Shown: in pieces, positions 9,969 to 20,162 of the stretch | Layout of the letters: the number at the start of each line of letters is the position of its first letter | Position numbering within the stretch: the first letter of the stretch is position 1 | Assembly: GCA_963749495.1 (NCBI GenBank) | Contig: CAVVMW010000001.1 | Coordinates: 224,001-288,000, forward strand | DNA: 64,000 bases | Source: an uncultured bacterium | GTDB taxonomy: Bacteria > Verrucomicrobiota > Verrucomicrobiia > Limisphaerales > UBA8199 | Direction: 5' to 3' | Translations under genes and position numbers: made by a program | Notes under the pieces: model-generated | What the model was told of the DNA's origin: nothing | Database searches by the model: none | Seen by the model: only the letters and a program-made list of their open reading frames with translations

Positions 9969-11234
9969 ATGGACCCGCTATACGATTACCGGAAGTTCGC
10001 CATCCTCTACGTGGATGACGAGGAACTCTCGTTGAAGTACTTCGCCATGGCCTTCGCAGACCAGTTCCGCGTCCTCACCGCCCCCAGCGCCCAGGAGGGA
10101 CTGAGACTCCTGGAAGAGCACAAGGACGACATCGGGCTGCTCATGACCGACCAGCGGATGCCGGGGGAAAAGGGCGTGTGGCTGCTCGAACGCGCCCGCC
10201 AGCTCCGCCCGCGCATCATCCGCATCCTGGTCACCGCCTACTCGGACATGGACGCCGCCATCGCCGCCGTCAATGCCGGCGCCATCTACAAGTATGTGAC
10301 CAAGCCCTGGGACCCGCCCCAGCTCGAAAACACGCTCAAACGCGGCCTCGAGTTCTTCATCGTCCAGCGCGAGCGCAACCAACTCTTGCAGGAGAAGCTC
10401 TCGGTATTGAGGAACATGATGATAGCCGACCGGATCATGAGCCTGGGCCTGCTGGCCGCAGGCATGAGCCACCACATCCGCAACTCGCTGGTCGCGGTCA
10501 AGACCTTCCTGGACCTGGCGCCCGCCAAAATGGCCGAGGAAAAGGTGGACCTGAACGGGCTGCGCAACCCCGATTTCTGGAAAGAGTACTACCAGAATGT
10601 CCAGGGCCAGATCACCAAGATCAATCTCCTGCTCAAGGACCTGTGGACCGCCTCGGAAAAACCCGCCGCCGCCTTCAATGACCGCGTGCGGCTGCGCTCC
10701 GTCGTGGCGCGGGCCCTCGACGCGCTCAGCGGGGCCCTGGCCGCCAAGCAGATCACCGTTGAAAACCTCATCCCCGATTCCCTGCCGCAACTGCACGTCA
10801 ACAAACTCAAGTTCTGCCGCCTCTTCGAATTGCTCCTCAAAGACGAGCTCGCCAGCCTCCCGCCAGGAAGCCGCATCACCTTCTCCGCCTCAGGACCCGA
10901 CCCCGCCCCCGCCGGCAAGGAAGAGATCCAAGTCCAGATCCGTGACAACGGCCCGGGCCTGCCCAAGGAGGCCGTGCGCCTGGTCTTCGACCCGTTCCTG
11001 GTGCGCGGCGATAGCCCCCTGGAATACGGCATCCACCTCATGGCCTGCTATTTCATCGTTCACCATCACGGCGGCCGCATCCAGGCCCACAGCCAGCCCG
11101 GCCAGGGCACCACCTTCACCCTGCGCCTGCCCATCGAGCCCGCCAAGGCCCTCCCCACACAGCAGGAGCAGGAGTTCCTCCGCCAGGTCCTCCTCAACGA
11201 CAAGATCTGGGAAAAACTCATCACCTCGGATTAG
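9969..11234 (+). CDS. receiver + degenerate histidine kinase protein, PhcR/PhcQ-like
   Basis: YVDDE, TDQRMP, KPWD; H-box SHHIRNSL; DNGPG present but N and G2 boxes degenerate (LFELLLKD, EYGIHL). Confidence 0.85.
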   Translation: MDPLYDYRKFAILYVDDEELSLKYFAMAFADQFRVLTAPSAQEGLRLLEEHKDDIGLLMTDQRMPGEKGVWLLERARQLRPRIIRILVTAYSDMDAAIAAVNAGAIYKYVTKPWDPPQLENTLKRGLEFFIVQRERNQLLQEKLSVLRNMMIADRIMSLGLLAAGMSHHIRNSLVAVKTFLDLAPAKMAEEKVDLNGLRNPDFWKEYYQNVQGQITKINLLLKDLWTASEKPAAAFNDRVRLRSVVARALDALSGALAAKQITVENLIPDSLPQLHVNKLKFCRLFELLLKDELASLPPGSRITFSASGPDPAPAGKEEIQVQIRDNGPGLPKEAVRLVFDPFLVRGDSPLEYGIHLMACYFIVHHHGGRIQAHSQPGQGTTFTLRLPIEPAKALPTQQEQEFLRQVLLNDKIWEKLITSD

Positions 11235-11547
11235 TCCACAGTCCACCGTCCAGAGTCCACAGTCAGCTTACGGGCGCCGATTCCGGGACTTTGTCGCGTA
11301 ATGCCCGGTCCGATAAACGTCGCGGAAACAGCGACCGCCGACTGTGGACTGCGGACCGTGGACTGTGGACTGCGGACCGTGGACTGTGGACTGCGGACTG
11401 CGGACTGCGGACTGTGGACTGTGGACTGCGGACTGCGGACTGCGGACTGTGGACTGTGGACTGTGGACTGTGGACTCTGGACTTTGGACGCTGGACTGTG
11501 GACTGTGGACTGTGGACTGTGGACTCTGGACTGTGGACTGTGGACCG
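11233..11547. repeat. inverted pair of heptamer arrays (AGTCCAC)n / (GACTGTG)n
   Basis: About 4.5 units at 11233-11264 and about 29 units of the reverse complement at 11340-11547. Confidence 0.95.
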
Positions 11548-11778
11548 GGGATTTCCTGGGGCTCGGTACTGGGACTGTCCCCGATTGCCACGGGGCGTCC
11601 AGGCATGATAAGACTCTCGGTCGAGATTATATTGACCGGAAGCCGGATCTATGGTTCATCTACCTCTTATGGCAGTCCATCGAGCACGTTGGTGCCGCAG
11701 GGCGGATGACCTGGAGCAGTGTGTCGCCGCGTCCCGGGGTTTCGGCCCGCAGGCCGCGAAGGAAATGGGGGGTGCGCG

Positions 11779-13830
11779 ATGAGAACGCTCCTGGTGCTGG
11801 CCCAACACCCCGGCCTGGCAGAGGCCATCCGGGCCGGAGTCAACCCCGAGGATTACCGGGTGCTGGAGCGTTCGACCCTCGATGAGGCCGAGCCGTTCCT
11901 GGCCCATGGTTTGATGGACGCGTGCATCCTGGACCTGGACTTGACGACGGTGCAGGGGGTCTGGGTGATTGAGAAACTGCGCCGGCGCGCGCCCAGATGC
12001 CCGGTCCTGGTCTATGCCTCCTCGCCGCAGCGGGAATGGGAGGAAGAGGCCTACCTGCAGGGGGCCACTCACGTGCTCAGCAAGCCGGTGCGCGTGCGGA
12101 TGTTGGCCGCCCTGCTCGCGCGGCTCTGGTCCGAGCCCGCTGCACCCGGGGCGGCGGTCTCTCCCCAGCCCGCGCTGCAGCCGGAGGCGCCACCGCCCGG
12201 GGAAGGGGCGCCTGCCCCGGCCGCGGCCGCCCAGACGCTCGGTGTGTTGCGTGACTTCTCGGGGATTCTGACCCAGTCGCTCAACGCCGAGGGGATGCTC
12301 AAGCAATTCCTGCTCTTGTTGCGCGAGATCCTTGGGCTGAACCGGGCGGCGATCTTCCTGCAAGGTCCCTTGGCCCCCTCGGCGGGCTCCCAAGTCTGGA
12401 GCGAGGGCCGCCAATTGCGGGCGGCCTGCTCGTTGGGTTTGTCGGCCGCCCTGCTCCAGCACTTCGAGCCTCTCCTTCGAGGCGGGCATCGGCGGCCAGG
12501 TCTTGCGCCTGGGCCGGATCTTGCGCCGCAATAGCCAGGAGGCCCGCGCCGACCTTCCCACACAAAAGGAATTCGAATTGCTGGGGGTCCAGGTGGCCGT
12601 GCCCATCCTCGACCGCGAGAACGTCGTCGGGGTGGCGGTGTTCGACGGCCGGGTCACGGGCGAGCCTCTGGCCAATCCGGAACTGGAACTCATCTTCCAC
12701 TTGCTCGAACAACTGGGCCTGGCCCTCAAGAACACCTGGCTCCACGACCAATTGGTCGGCAACCACGAGATGATGGCCGACATCCTCCGCGAATTGGGCA
12801 GCGCCTGCGTGGTCGTCAGCCGCGACCTGGCCATTCTTCACGCCAACAAGATGGCCCGCCGCCACTTCGGCCGCACCGACCGCCAAAAGACCGAGCTGGA
12901 ATTCAGCGACCTGCCCCAACCGCTCGGCGCCAAGGTCTATCAGGTCCTCAAGACCGGCTCGGCCGTCACCCATTTCAGGTTCGCGCCCGACCAGAATGCC
13001 TCAGCCGTCTTCAGCGCGAACATTGTCCCCTTCCAGCCCCAGCAGCCCGGCCTGCCGGCGGCGGCCTTGCTCATGGTCGAGGACCTGACCCAGAGCGAGC
13101 AGTTGCAGCGCCTGGAAATCGAGGCCGCCAAGCTGCGCCTGGTCAAGACCATGGCCGACCGGCTCACACATGAAATCGGCAACGCCCTGGTCCCGATCTC
13201 GGTTCACCAGCAAATGCTCGCCGAGAAGCTCGCCGCCCAGCACGTGGACACCGATTTCCTGCGAACCATGGAGCGGGACCTTTCCGACGGCGTCCGGCGC
13301 GTGACCCGCTTCACCAACCAGATGCGGTTCCTGGCCCGCGACAGCCTCATCTCCCAGGAGTCCTTTGACCTGGCCCCGCTCCTGGAAGAGGCCTACCAGG
13401 AGGCCCGCCGCTATCAGCCCGGCAAGGCCGCCCAACTCACTTACGATACGGGCGACAAACCCATTATCCTCACCGGCGACAGGGCCGCCCTCAAGCACGC
13501 CCTGGCCGAGGTGATGCTCAATGCCCTCCAGGCCAACCCGGCCGACCCGCGCATCGGCGTCCATCTGCGCGCCGACCCCGCCGGCAACGGCAACGGCGGC
13601 CACGCGGGATTGCAGATCGAGGTCCAGGACAACGGCCCTGGTTTCACGGCCGATTCCGCGCAAAAGGCCTCCTCCCCCTTCTTCACGACGCGCAGCGTCG
13701 GCCTTGGCCTCGGCCTGACGGTGAGCCGAAAGATCATCGAGACCCATCGCGGCAAGCTCAACATCGTCCCCCCGCCTCAGGCCGGGCCGGCTTCATCCGC
13801 ATCAGCCTGCCACTGGAGACCGCTGCCTGA
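11779..13830 (+). CDS. REC-GAF-PAS-histidine kinase (frameshifts near 12470 and 13790)
   Basis: ORF 11719-12534 (REC, GAF start) continues in ORF 12503-13864 (HEIGNAL, NALQA, DNGPG, FFTTR, GLGLGL). The true C-terminus FIRISLPLETAA* lies in another frame. Confidence 0.8.
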
Positions 13831-13842
13831 TTGGCAAAACCC

Positions 13843-14493
13843 ATGTCACAGGAACCGGTTTTAGCCCGGCTGGCTCGCTACGGGATTGTGCCCGTGATCG
13901 CGATTGAGAGAATCGAAGCTGCCCTCCCGCTGGCGGACGCATTGCTGCAAGGGGGCTTGCCGGTGATCGAGATCACGTTCCGGACCGCGGCGGCGGCCGA
14001 GGTCATTCGCCTCCTGGCGCAGGAGCGCCCGCAGCTCCTGGTGGGGGCCGGCACGGTGCTCACGCCGGCCAACCTGGAGGCGGCCAAGGCCAGCGGAGCC
14101 GCCTTCGCGGTGGCGCCCGGTTTGAACCCGCAAGTGGTCCGCCTGGCGCAGGAGGCGGCGCTGCCGTTCGTGCCCGGGGTGGCCACGCCCAGCGACATCG
14201 AGGGGGGCTTGGCCCTGGGCTGCAAGCTGCTGAAGTTCTTCCCGGCCGAGGCCCTGGGCGGCGTAGCGATGATCCAGGCGTTGGCCGCCCCTTACCAGCA
14301 CACGGGCCTGCGCTTTATGCCGACTGGCGGCGTGAGCATGGCCAACCTCCAGAGCTATCTCAGGCTGGACACGGTTGCGGCAGTCGGGGGCACCTGGCTG
14401 GCCAGGAAGGAAGACCTGGCCGCCGCCAGATGGGACGACATTCGCAACCGGTGCAAGGCGGCGCTGGAGATAGCCGGCGGGGCGCGGGCTTGA
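13843..14493 (+). CDS. eda: KDPG/KHG aldolase
   Basis: IEITFRT, VGAGTV, PGVATPSD, KFFPAE, PTGGV. Confidence 0.93.
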   Translation: MSQEPVLARLARYGIVPVIAIERIEAALPLADALLQGGLPVIEITFRTAAAAEVIRLLAQERPQLLVGAGTVLTPANLEAAKASGAAFAVAPGLNPQVVRLAQEAALPFVPGVATPSDIEGGLALGCKLLKFFPAEALGGVAMIQALAAPYQHTGLRFMPTGGVSMANLQSYLRLDTVAAVGGTWLARKEDLAAARWDDIRNRCKAALEIAGGARA

Positions 14494-14543
14494 GGTTGAG
14501 GCCCTCACAGGCTTGTGGCTGAGCGCGCCAGTGCATCAGGGCC

Positions 14544-14922
14544 GAAGGCCCGCAATTTGATAGCCTGGGCTGGAGCGAGTCCCTCGAGCGGAGGCCCAGG
14601 TCAGCCACCGTCGCGGATGTCCCCAGCGCTGTAAGAATTCCCGGAACGAATTCGCGCTTTGCGCCCCTGAACCTCGACACTGCGTTCCCGTCCCGCGAAG
14701 CGTTTTGGACTGCCGCAGTCCAAAACCTTCGGACTTGGTGTTGGTTCATGGGGAGGGCGTCACCCCTCATGCCCCAATCTTTGGCCAACATCGTGGTTCA
14801 CTCGCCTTGAGCACCAAAAGCCCTCTTCCGCCCCCTACAGGGCGGAGGAAAGGTCTCTGTGTGCCCTTGCCTTGGGCTGCGCGCTGCGCGCTTCACCCCA
14901 GGCTTTCACATTGCGGGCCTTC
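14544..14922 (+). mobile_element. degenerate IS200/Y1-transposase (RAYT-like) remnant between 26-bp inverted repeats
   Basis: IRs at 14544-14569 and 14897-14922 (2 mismatches); 14769-14818 reads MPQSLANIVVH then, after a frameshift, ALSTK, like the TnpA start MPQSL..H.vFSTK. Confidence 0.55.
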
Positions 14923-14957
14923 TGCCCTCTCCCCTTTCGAAGGGGACAGGGAGAGCA

Positions 14958-15202
14958 GTCGCGTAGCGACGCAGTGAAGGTAGCCGTGGACCTCGGTCCA
15001 CGGTTCAGGGCGTGGGAATAGTCACGCGTCGCGTAGCGACGCCTGACAGCGTCCCGGTTTTCAGGCGTCGCTACGCGACGCGGTCGAGCTTGGGCCATAG
15101 GTCCGTGGACTGGAAGTCCACGGCTACCATCGGGCACCGCTACGCGGTGAGCCGGGGGCAGCGCGCGCGTCGCGTAGCGACGCAGTGAAGATAGCCGTGG
15201 AC
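14958..15202. repeat. REP-like multi-hairpin element (GTCGCGTAGCGAC / CCGTGGACCTCGGTCCACGG) plus partial second copy
   Basis: Repeated palindromes; homologous to 18593-18800 in opposite orientation. Confidence 0.85.
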
Positions 15203-15339
15203 CTCCCCTTCGGAAGGGGAGAGGGTCGGGGTGAGGGGTCTGCCCGCGGCGCCGTTTCCGCCTTCATTGAGGGCCTTACCCGCCCTGCCGGCTTTGGCTT
15301 GACGGGGGGGAATCCAACTGGCAGTGTGGGGGGCAGTGG

Positions 15340-15415
15340 GCCAACGTAGCTCAGTTGGTAGAGCAGCGCTTTCGTAAAGCGCGGGTCAACGGTTCAAATC
15401 CGCCCGTTGGCTCCA
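15340..15415 (+). tRNA. tRNA-Thr(CGT)
   Basis: GCCAACG/CGTTGGC acceptor stem, D-arm TAGCTCAGTTGGTAGAGC, GCGCT-TTCGTAA-AGCGC anticodon arm, TTCAAAT, encoded CCA. Confidence 0.92.
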
Positions 15416-15502
15416 TTTTCTTTTACCCGCAGAACACGGAGAAGAAGTGATAAAAAAGGTAGTTTCTTTCTGCGTCATTCTGCGTAATCTGCGGGCATAA
15501 AC

Positions 15503-16972
15503 ATGGACCTGTTAACGCTTTCGCGGCTGCAGTTTGCGCTGACGGTGATGTTTCATTACCTGTTCCCGCCTCTGACGATCGGGCTGGGCGGGCTGATCGT
15601 GTCGCTGGAGGCCCTGTTCCTCAAGACGGGCGAGGCGCTTTACGAGCAGGCGGCGAGGTTCTGGACGAAGGTCTTCGCGGTGAACTTCGCGATGGGAGTC
15701 GCGACGGGGATCGTCCTGGAATTCGAGTTCGGGACCAATTGGGCGGCCTACTCCAGATTTGTGGGGGACGTGTTCGGCTCGGCGCTGGCGGCGGAGGGCA
15801 TCTTCGCGTTTTTCCTGGAGTCGGGTTTCCTGGCGGTGCTGGTATTCGGCTGGGACAGGGTCTCGGCGCGGACGCATTTCTTTGCGGCGTGCATGGTGGC
15901 GCTGGGGGCGGTGTTCTCGTCGATCTGGATCGTGGTCGCCAACTCGTGGCAGCAGACGCCCTCGGGCTATCACATCGTGGGCGAGGGATTGAGGGCGCGG
16001 GCGGAGATCACGGATTTTTGGGCGATGGTGTTGAACCCGTCGAGCCTGCACCGATGGCTGCACGTGCTGATCGGGTCGTACCTCCTGGCGGCGTTTTTCG
16101 TGATGAGCATCTGCGCCTATTACATTTTGAAGGGGCGGCACCTGGATTTTGCGCGCCGGAGTTTCACGCCGGCCCTGGTGTTGGGCGCGCTCATGTCCCT
16201 GGCCGCGCTGGTCCAGGGGGATCTGCAGGCCAAGAAGGTGGCGGTGACGCAGCCCGCCAAGCTGGCGGCCATGGAGGCGCACTTCCGCACGGGCACGGGC
16301 GGCAGCCCGCTCTACCTGGCGGGCCTGCCGGATGAGCGTGAACAGCGGGTCCGATGCGGGCTGGCGGTGCCCGGGCTGCTCAGTTTGCTGGTGCACGGGG
16401 ATGCCCGCCAGCCGGTCAAGGGCCTGGACCAGGTCCCGCCGCAGGACTGGCCGCCGGTGGCGGTGACGTTCCTTTCGTTCCACATTATGGCAGGGCTTGG
16501 CCTGTGCTTCATTTTGTTGACGGGGCTGGGCTGCTATTTCCGGTGGCGCGGGACGCTCTTCGAGAAACGCCGGCTCTTGGCCGTCTTCGTCGGGGCCGTC
16601 CCGCTGGCCTACCTGGCCAACGAATTGGGCTGGGTGACGGCCGAGGCGGGGCGGCAGCCTTGGATTGTCTATGGCCTGCTCCGCACCAGCCGCGGTCTCT
16701 CCGAGGCGGTGTCGCCGGCCCAGACCTTGGGCTCGATGCTGATGTTCCTGTTGATTTACGGGCTGCTCTTTGCGGTCTGGCTGCGGGTGCTGACCGACAA
16801 GGTCCATCAAGGCCCGGAACCGGCGCCCGCGCGGGCCGGGACCACCCCCCGCGCCCTGGCCCAGATCGCCGACCTGCGCGCCGGCACCGGCGGGGCCTCC
16901 TTGACCAAGCCGGGGCAGAGCGACACGGGCGAAGTGAAACCAAGTAATCCTGAGCATCGCAATTCAACCTGA
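15503..16972 (+). CDS. cydA: cytochrome bd ubiquinol oxidase subunit I
   Basis: [44 protein letters not shown]. Confidence 0.96.
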   Translation: MDLLTLSRLQFALTVMFHYLFPPLTIGLGGLIVSLEALFLKTGEALYEQAARFWTKVFAVNFAMGVATGIVLEFEFGTNWAAYSRFVGDVFGSALAAEGIFAFFLESGFLAVLVFGWDRVSARTHFFAACMVALGAVFSSIWIVVANSWQQTPSGYHIVGEGLRARAEITDFWAMVLNPSSLHRWLHVLIGSYLLAAFFVMSICAYYILKGRHLDFARRSFTPALVLGALMSLAALVQGDLQAKKVAVTQPAKLAAMEAHFRTGTGGSPLYLAGLPDEREQRVRCGLAVPGLLSLLVHGDARQPVKGLDQVPPQDWPPVAVTFLSFHIMAGLGLCFILLTGLGCYFRWRGTLFEKRRLLAVFVGAVPLAYLANELGWVTAEAGRQPWIVYGLLRTSRGLSEAVSPAQTLGSMLMFLLIYGLLFAVWLRVLTDKVHQGPEPAPARAGTTPRALAQIADLRAGTGGASLTKPGQSDTGEVKPSNPEHRNST

Positions 16973-17013
16973 ATGGCAACAGCCAACACTGTCACACTCG
17001 TGCAGATTTTGGG

Positions 17014-17094
17014 CCTTTGTCGCAGCCTTTGTCGCGACCTTTGTCGAATGCGCGATTCCTCGACAAAGGCTGCGACAAAGGCTGCGACAAAGGT
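17014..17094. repeat. inverted array of 12-bp units (CCTTTGTCGCAG)x3 / (CGACAAAGGCTG)x3
   Basis: Direct reading between cydA and cydB; forms a long hairpin. Confidence 0.85.
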
Positions 17095-17123
17095 TCTGCC
17101 AGTGTTGCGTGGTTCGCTTTAGG

Positions 17124-18152
17124 ATGGACACGGATATGGACCTCAATTTCTTCTGGTTTGTGCTGCTGGGCGTTTTGCTGGCCGGGTACGCCATCCTGGA
17201 CGGCTTTGATTTGGGAGTCGGCATTCTGCACCTGTGGGCGCGCCAGGACCAGGAGCGGCGGCTCTTGATGAACTCGATCGGGCCGCTGTGGGATGGGAAC
17301 GAGGTCTGGCTGGTGACCTTCGGCGGGGCGATGTTCGCGGCGTTTCCGGAGGTGTATGCGACGGTGTTTTCGGGCTTTTACACGGCGTTCATGGCGCTGC
17401 TCTTTGCGCTCATCTTCCGGGCGGTTTCGATGGAGTTCCGCGGCAAACGGCAAGCCAGGGCCTGGCGCGCGTTCTGGGACGGCTCGTTTTTCGGCGGGAG
17501 CGCGCTGGCGACCTTTCTTTACGGGGTGGCGGTGGGCAATGCGATGCAGGGGATGCCCATCGGTCCGGACAAGGTCTTCCGGGGCACCACCCTCGACCTG
17601 CTGCGGCCTTACCCGCTGCTCATCGGCCTGCTGGCCGTGGCGACATTCGCCATGCACGGGTCGTTCTATCTGGGCCTGAAGACCGAAGGGGACCTGCAGA
17701 AACGCGTCCACTCCTGGATGTGGCGGACGTTCGGCGTATTCCTGGCGTTCTACCTGTTTGCGACGATTTTCACCCTGGCCGAGGTCCCGCTGGCCACGCG
17801 CAATTTCCACACCCATCCCTGGGTCTGGCTGGTCGTGGTGCTGAACATCCTGGCCGTGGCCAACATCCCCCGCGCCATCTACCTGAACCGGCCCGGCTAT
17901 GCCTTCGCCTCGTCCTGCGCCACGATCGCCGCGCTCACCTTCTTCTTCGGCGTGGCGCTCTTCCCCGAGTTGGTCCATTCCTCCCTCAATCCCGATTGGA
18001 GCCTCGATATCCATAACGGCGCTTCCTCGCCCAAGACCCTGTCGATCATGCGCAACATCGCCCTGCTGGGCCTTCCGTTCGTGCTGGCCTACTCCGCCGC
18101 CATCTTCTGGGTCTTCCGCGGCAAGGTCAGGCTGGGGCATTTCAGCTACTGA
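17124..18152 (+). CDS. cydB: cytochrome bd ubiquinol oxidase subunit II
   Basis: LDGFDLGVG, GPLWDGNEVWL, FAAFP. Confidence 0.96.
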   Translation: MDTDMDLNFFWFVLLGVLLAGYAILDGFDLGVGILHLWARQDQERRLLMNSIGPLWDGNEVWLVTFGGAMFAAFPEVYATVFSGFYTAFMALLFALIFRAVSMEFRGKRQARAWRAFWDGSFFGGSALATFLYGVAVGNAMQGMPIGPDKVFRGTTLDLLRPYPLLIGLLAVATFAMHGSFYLGLKTEGDLQKRVHSWMWRTFGVFLAFYLFATIFTLAEVPLATRNFHTHPWVWLVVVLNILAVANIPRAIYLNRPGYAFASSCATIAALTFFFGVALFPELVHSSLNPDWSLDIHNGASSPKTLSIMRNIALLGLPFVLAYSAAIFWVFRGKVRLGHFSY

Positions 18153-18174
18153 CCCAAATCAATTCACTGGAGCT

Positions 18175-18617
18175 ATGCGTGTTCTGATTGCAACGGCAAC
18201 GGCCGGCGGCGGGCATCTGGCGGCGGCGGCGGCCCTCGATGAGGCCTGGCGCGCCGCCCGGCCGCAGGACTCGGTCCAACAGGTTGACGTGGTGCAGTTC
18301 TTCTCGCCGCTCCACCGCAAGATTCACGCGGAGGGTTATCTGAAACTGATGTTGATCGTCAAGCCGATCCCCGGACAGGAGGCGGCCAATTGCGACTTCC
18401 TGCTCGAACGCGGCGCGGCGGCAAAGGTGAACCGGACCGAGGACCTGCCGTTCCGCATCGGGCAGTTGCTCGGGCCCCGAGGCTGGCCCAAATGGCTCGA
18501 GCCGCAAAGGCCCTGGGCCGGCCCGGGGCGGCCGATGAGATCCGCCGACTGGTCCTCGAGCGCGTGGAAGGCGCGGCCACGGGGCCACGAGCACCGCGTA
18601 GCGGTGCCGGAGGGTAG
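18175..18617 (+). pseudogene. MGDG-synthase/UgtP-like GT28 glycosyltransferase with large internal deletion
   Basis: N-term ATAGGGHLAAA..EGYLKL fused in frame to C-term MLIVKPIPGQEAAN; further frameshift near 18478. Confidence 0.75.
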
Positions 18618-18800
18618 CCGTGGACCTCGGTCCACGGACCGCATGGCCCATGATCGAGCGCGTCGCGTAGCGACGCTTGAAGCCAGGATTCGATCTGAGA
18701 GCGCGCACCTTCAAGCGTCGCTACGCGACGCCAGCCCCATCCAATGCTCTAAACCGTGGACCGAGGTCCACGGCTACCTTCACTGCGTCGCTCCGCGACG
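18593..18800. repeat. REP-like multi-hairpin element, inverted copy of 14958-15150
   Basis: Same GTCGCGTAGCGAC and CCGTGGACCTCGGTCCACGG palindromes in reverse order. Confidence 0.85.
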
Positions 18801-18875
18801 CGCGGGTCCGCTGCCCGCGCGCGGCGTGGATTAGAAAGCTTAATCGCTAGCCTCCCTCGAAGGGCAGCCGGCGCA

Positions 18876-18904
18876 TTGACACTCCTGGGGTGTTTGTGTA
18901 GTTT
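18876..18904 (+). promoter_or_regulatory. putative sigma70 promoter for the HNH gene
   Basis: TTGACA-N17-TAGTTT, 22 nt before ATG. Confidence 0.5.
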
Positions 18905-18926
18905 TGCCCCAGTTCGATCCGGGATC

Positions 18927-19544
18927 ATGACCTCGATGTTGAACCAACATGTGCTGGTGCTCAACCGCTTGTGGCAGGCGGTGAACGTGTGCACGGCGCG
19001 GCGGGCGCTGACCTTGCTGTTTCAGGGCCATGCCCAGGCTGTGCTCGACCGCAGCGACGGCTCGTTCCAGACCTACAACTTCACTGAATGGCAGGACTTC
19101 TCCCGGCAGGAACCTCCTGCGGAGTCCATCCGCAGCGTCTCATTCCGCATCCGGGTGCCGCGGGTCATCCTGCTGCTGGTTTACGACCGCTTGCCCAAGA
19201 AGGAAGTGAAGTTCACGCGGCACAATATCTTCGAGCGCGACAAGAACACCTGCCAATACTGCGGCAAGGTGTGTGACCGCAACGACCTGAACCTGGACCA
19301 CGTGATTCCGCGCGACCGCGGCGGCCCCACCACGTGGGAGAACATCGTCTGCTCCTGCATCGAGTGCAACACGCTCAAGGCCAACCGCAGCCCTCAGGAG
19401 GCGGGGATGCGCCTCATTCGCAAACCCAAACGGCCCAAGTGGCGTCCCTTCGTCCAGATCACCTTCACCCTCCACCAGCACGATAGCTGGAAGCACTTCA
19501 TTGACTTGGCCTACTGGAACGTCGAACTGGGCGAAGACGTGTAG
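18927..19544 (+). CDS. HNH endonuclease (McrA-like)
   Basis: VLVLN, RDKNTCQYCG, LDHVIPR..GG..WENIVCSCIECN..K. Confidence 0.92.
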   Translation: MTSMLNQHVLVLNRLWQAVNVCTARRALTLLFQGHAQAVLDRSDGSFQTYNFTEWQDFSRQEPPAESIRSVSFRIRVPRVILLLVYDRLPKKEVKFTRHNIFERDKNTCQYCGKVCDRNDLNLDHVIPRDRGGPTTWENIVCSCIECNTLKANRSPQEAGMRLIRKPKRPKWRPFVQITFTLHQHDSWKHFIDLAYWNVELGEDV

Positions 19545-19730
19545 GCGGAGGCCGGAGGCCGGAGGCCGGAGGTCGGAGGCCAGAGGGCGGAGGCCGAGAC
19601 GTCAGAGGTCGGAGGCCGGAGGTCAGAGGGCGGAGGCCAGACGTTAGAGGGCGGAGGCCGGAGGTCAGAGGGCGGAGGCCGGAGGTCAGAGGGCGGAGGG
19701 GGGCCGTCGGGGAGCGGAGGGCGGAGGCTG
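19545..19730. repeat. heptamer array (GGAGGCC/GGAGGTC/AGAGGGC)n
   Basis: Begins right after the HNH stop codon; overlaps the four-helix gene 3' end. Confidence 0.95.
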
Positions 19731-20114
19731 GACATCTCGAGGGACAAATTTCTCGGGCATGGCCATCATCCTGCCGAGCCTTTTGCCAATCCATGCAATG
19801 CGGGCCTGGAGATTTGTCTCCTCGCTGGGGGAGATGTACCCGCACGCCATCGCGCTCGTGAGCCAATGAGAAGTCTCCTGCAGTTCGCCGTCAGCATCGG
19901 TGAGCTTGCTCACAAAGTGGGGAGGATAGCGTCGCTTGGCCCACGCCTCAGCCAGATTCCCACCAATGGACCGCGAGGAGCGGCGCACTTGATCGGTGAG
20001 CGAGAATTTTTCATCTGCCGGCCAGGCCTTCGAAATTTTGAAAATATCCTGCTGAACCTCGAAGGCCTCTTGGTAAGCCCGCAGGTCCCGAAATGAACGG
20101 ATTTCCTCTGCCAT
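19686..20114 (-). CDS. four-helix-bundle protein (23S rRNA IVS protein / TIGR02436-like)
   Basis: SFRDLRAYQ, P.DEKFSLTDQVRRSSRSIGGNLAEAW, KLTDADGELQET..W; SD AGGAGA. Confidence 0.92.
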   Translation of the reverse strand: MAEEIRSFRDLRAYQEAFEVQQDIFKISKAWPADEKFSLTDQVRRSSRSIGGNLAEAWAKRRYPPHFVSKLTDADGELQETSHWLTSAMACGYISPSEETNLQARIAWIGKRLGRMMAMPEKFVPRDVQPPPSAPRRPPSAL

Positions 20115-20162
20115 AGAATTGTTCTCCTGGTTGTCAGATGTTTCTGATTCTCGCCCCTGTCT

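Noticed and set aside
11340..11547. CRISPR array
   Set aside because: Contiguous 7-mers with no unique spacers; no cas genes in the window.
11268..11885. ORFs with TVDCGL/SPQSTV repeats (also antisense ORFs 46727-47675, 47690-50167 and 19498-19866)
   Set aside because: Translation artefacts of heptamer arrays or shadows of real genes.
18927..19544. HNH as part of a restriction or defence island
   Set aside because: Stand-alone common HNH family; no DNA methylase or other defence genes adjacent.
19686..20114. Diversity-generating retroelement (Avd-like gene)
   Set aside because: No reverse transcriptase and no TR/VR pair with adenine-specific differences seen.
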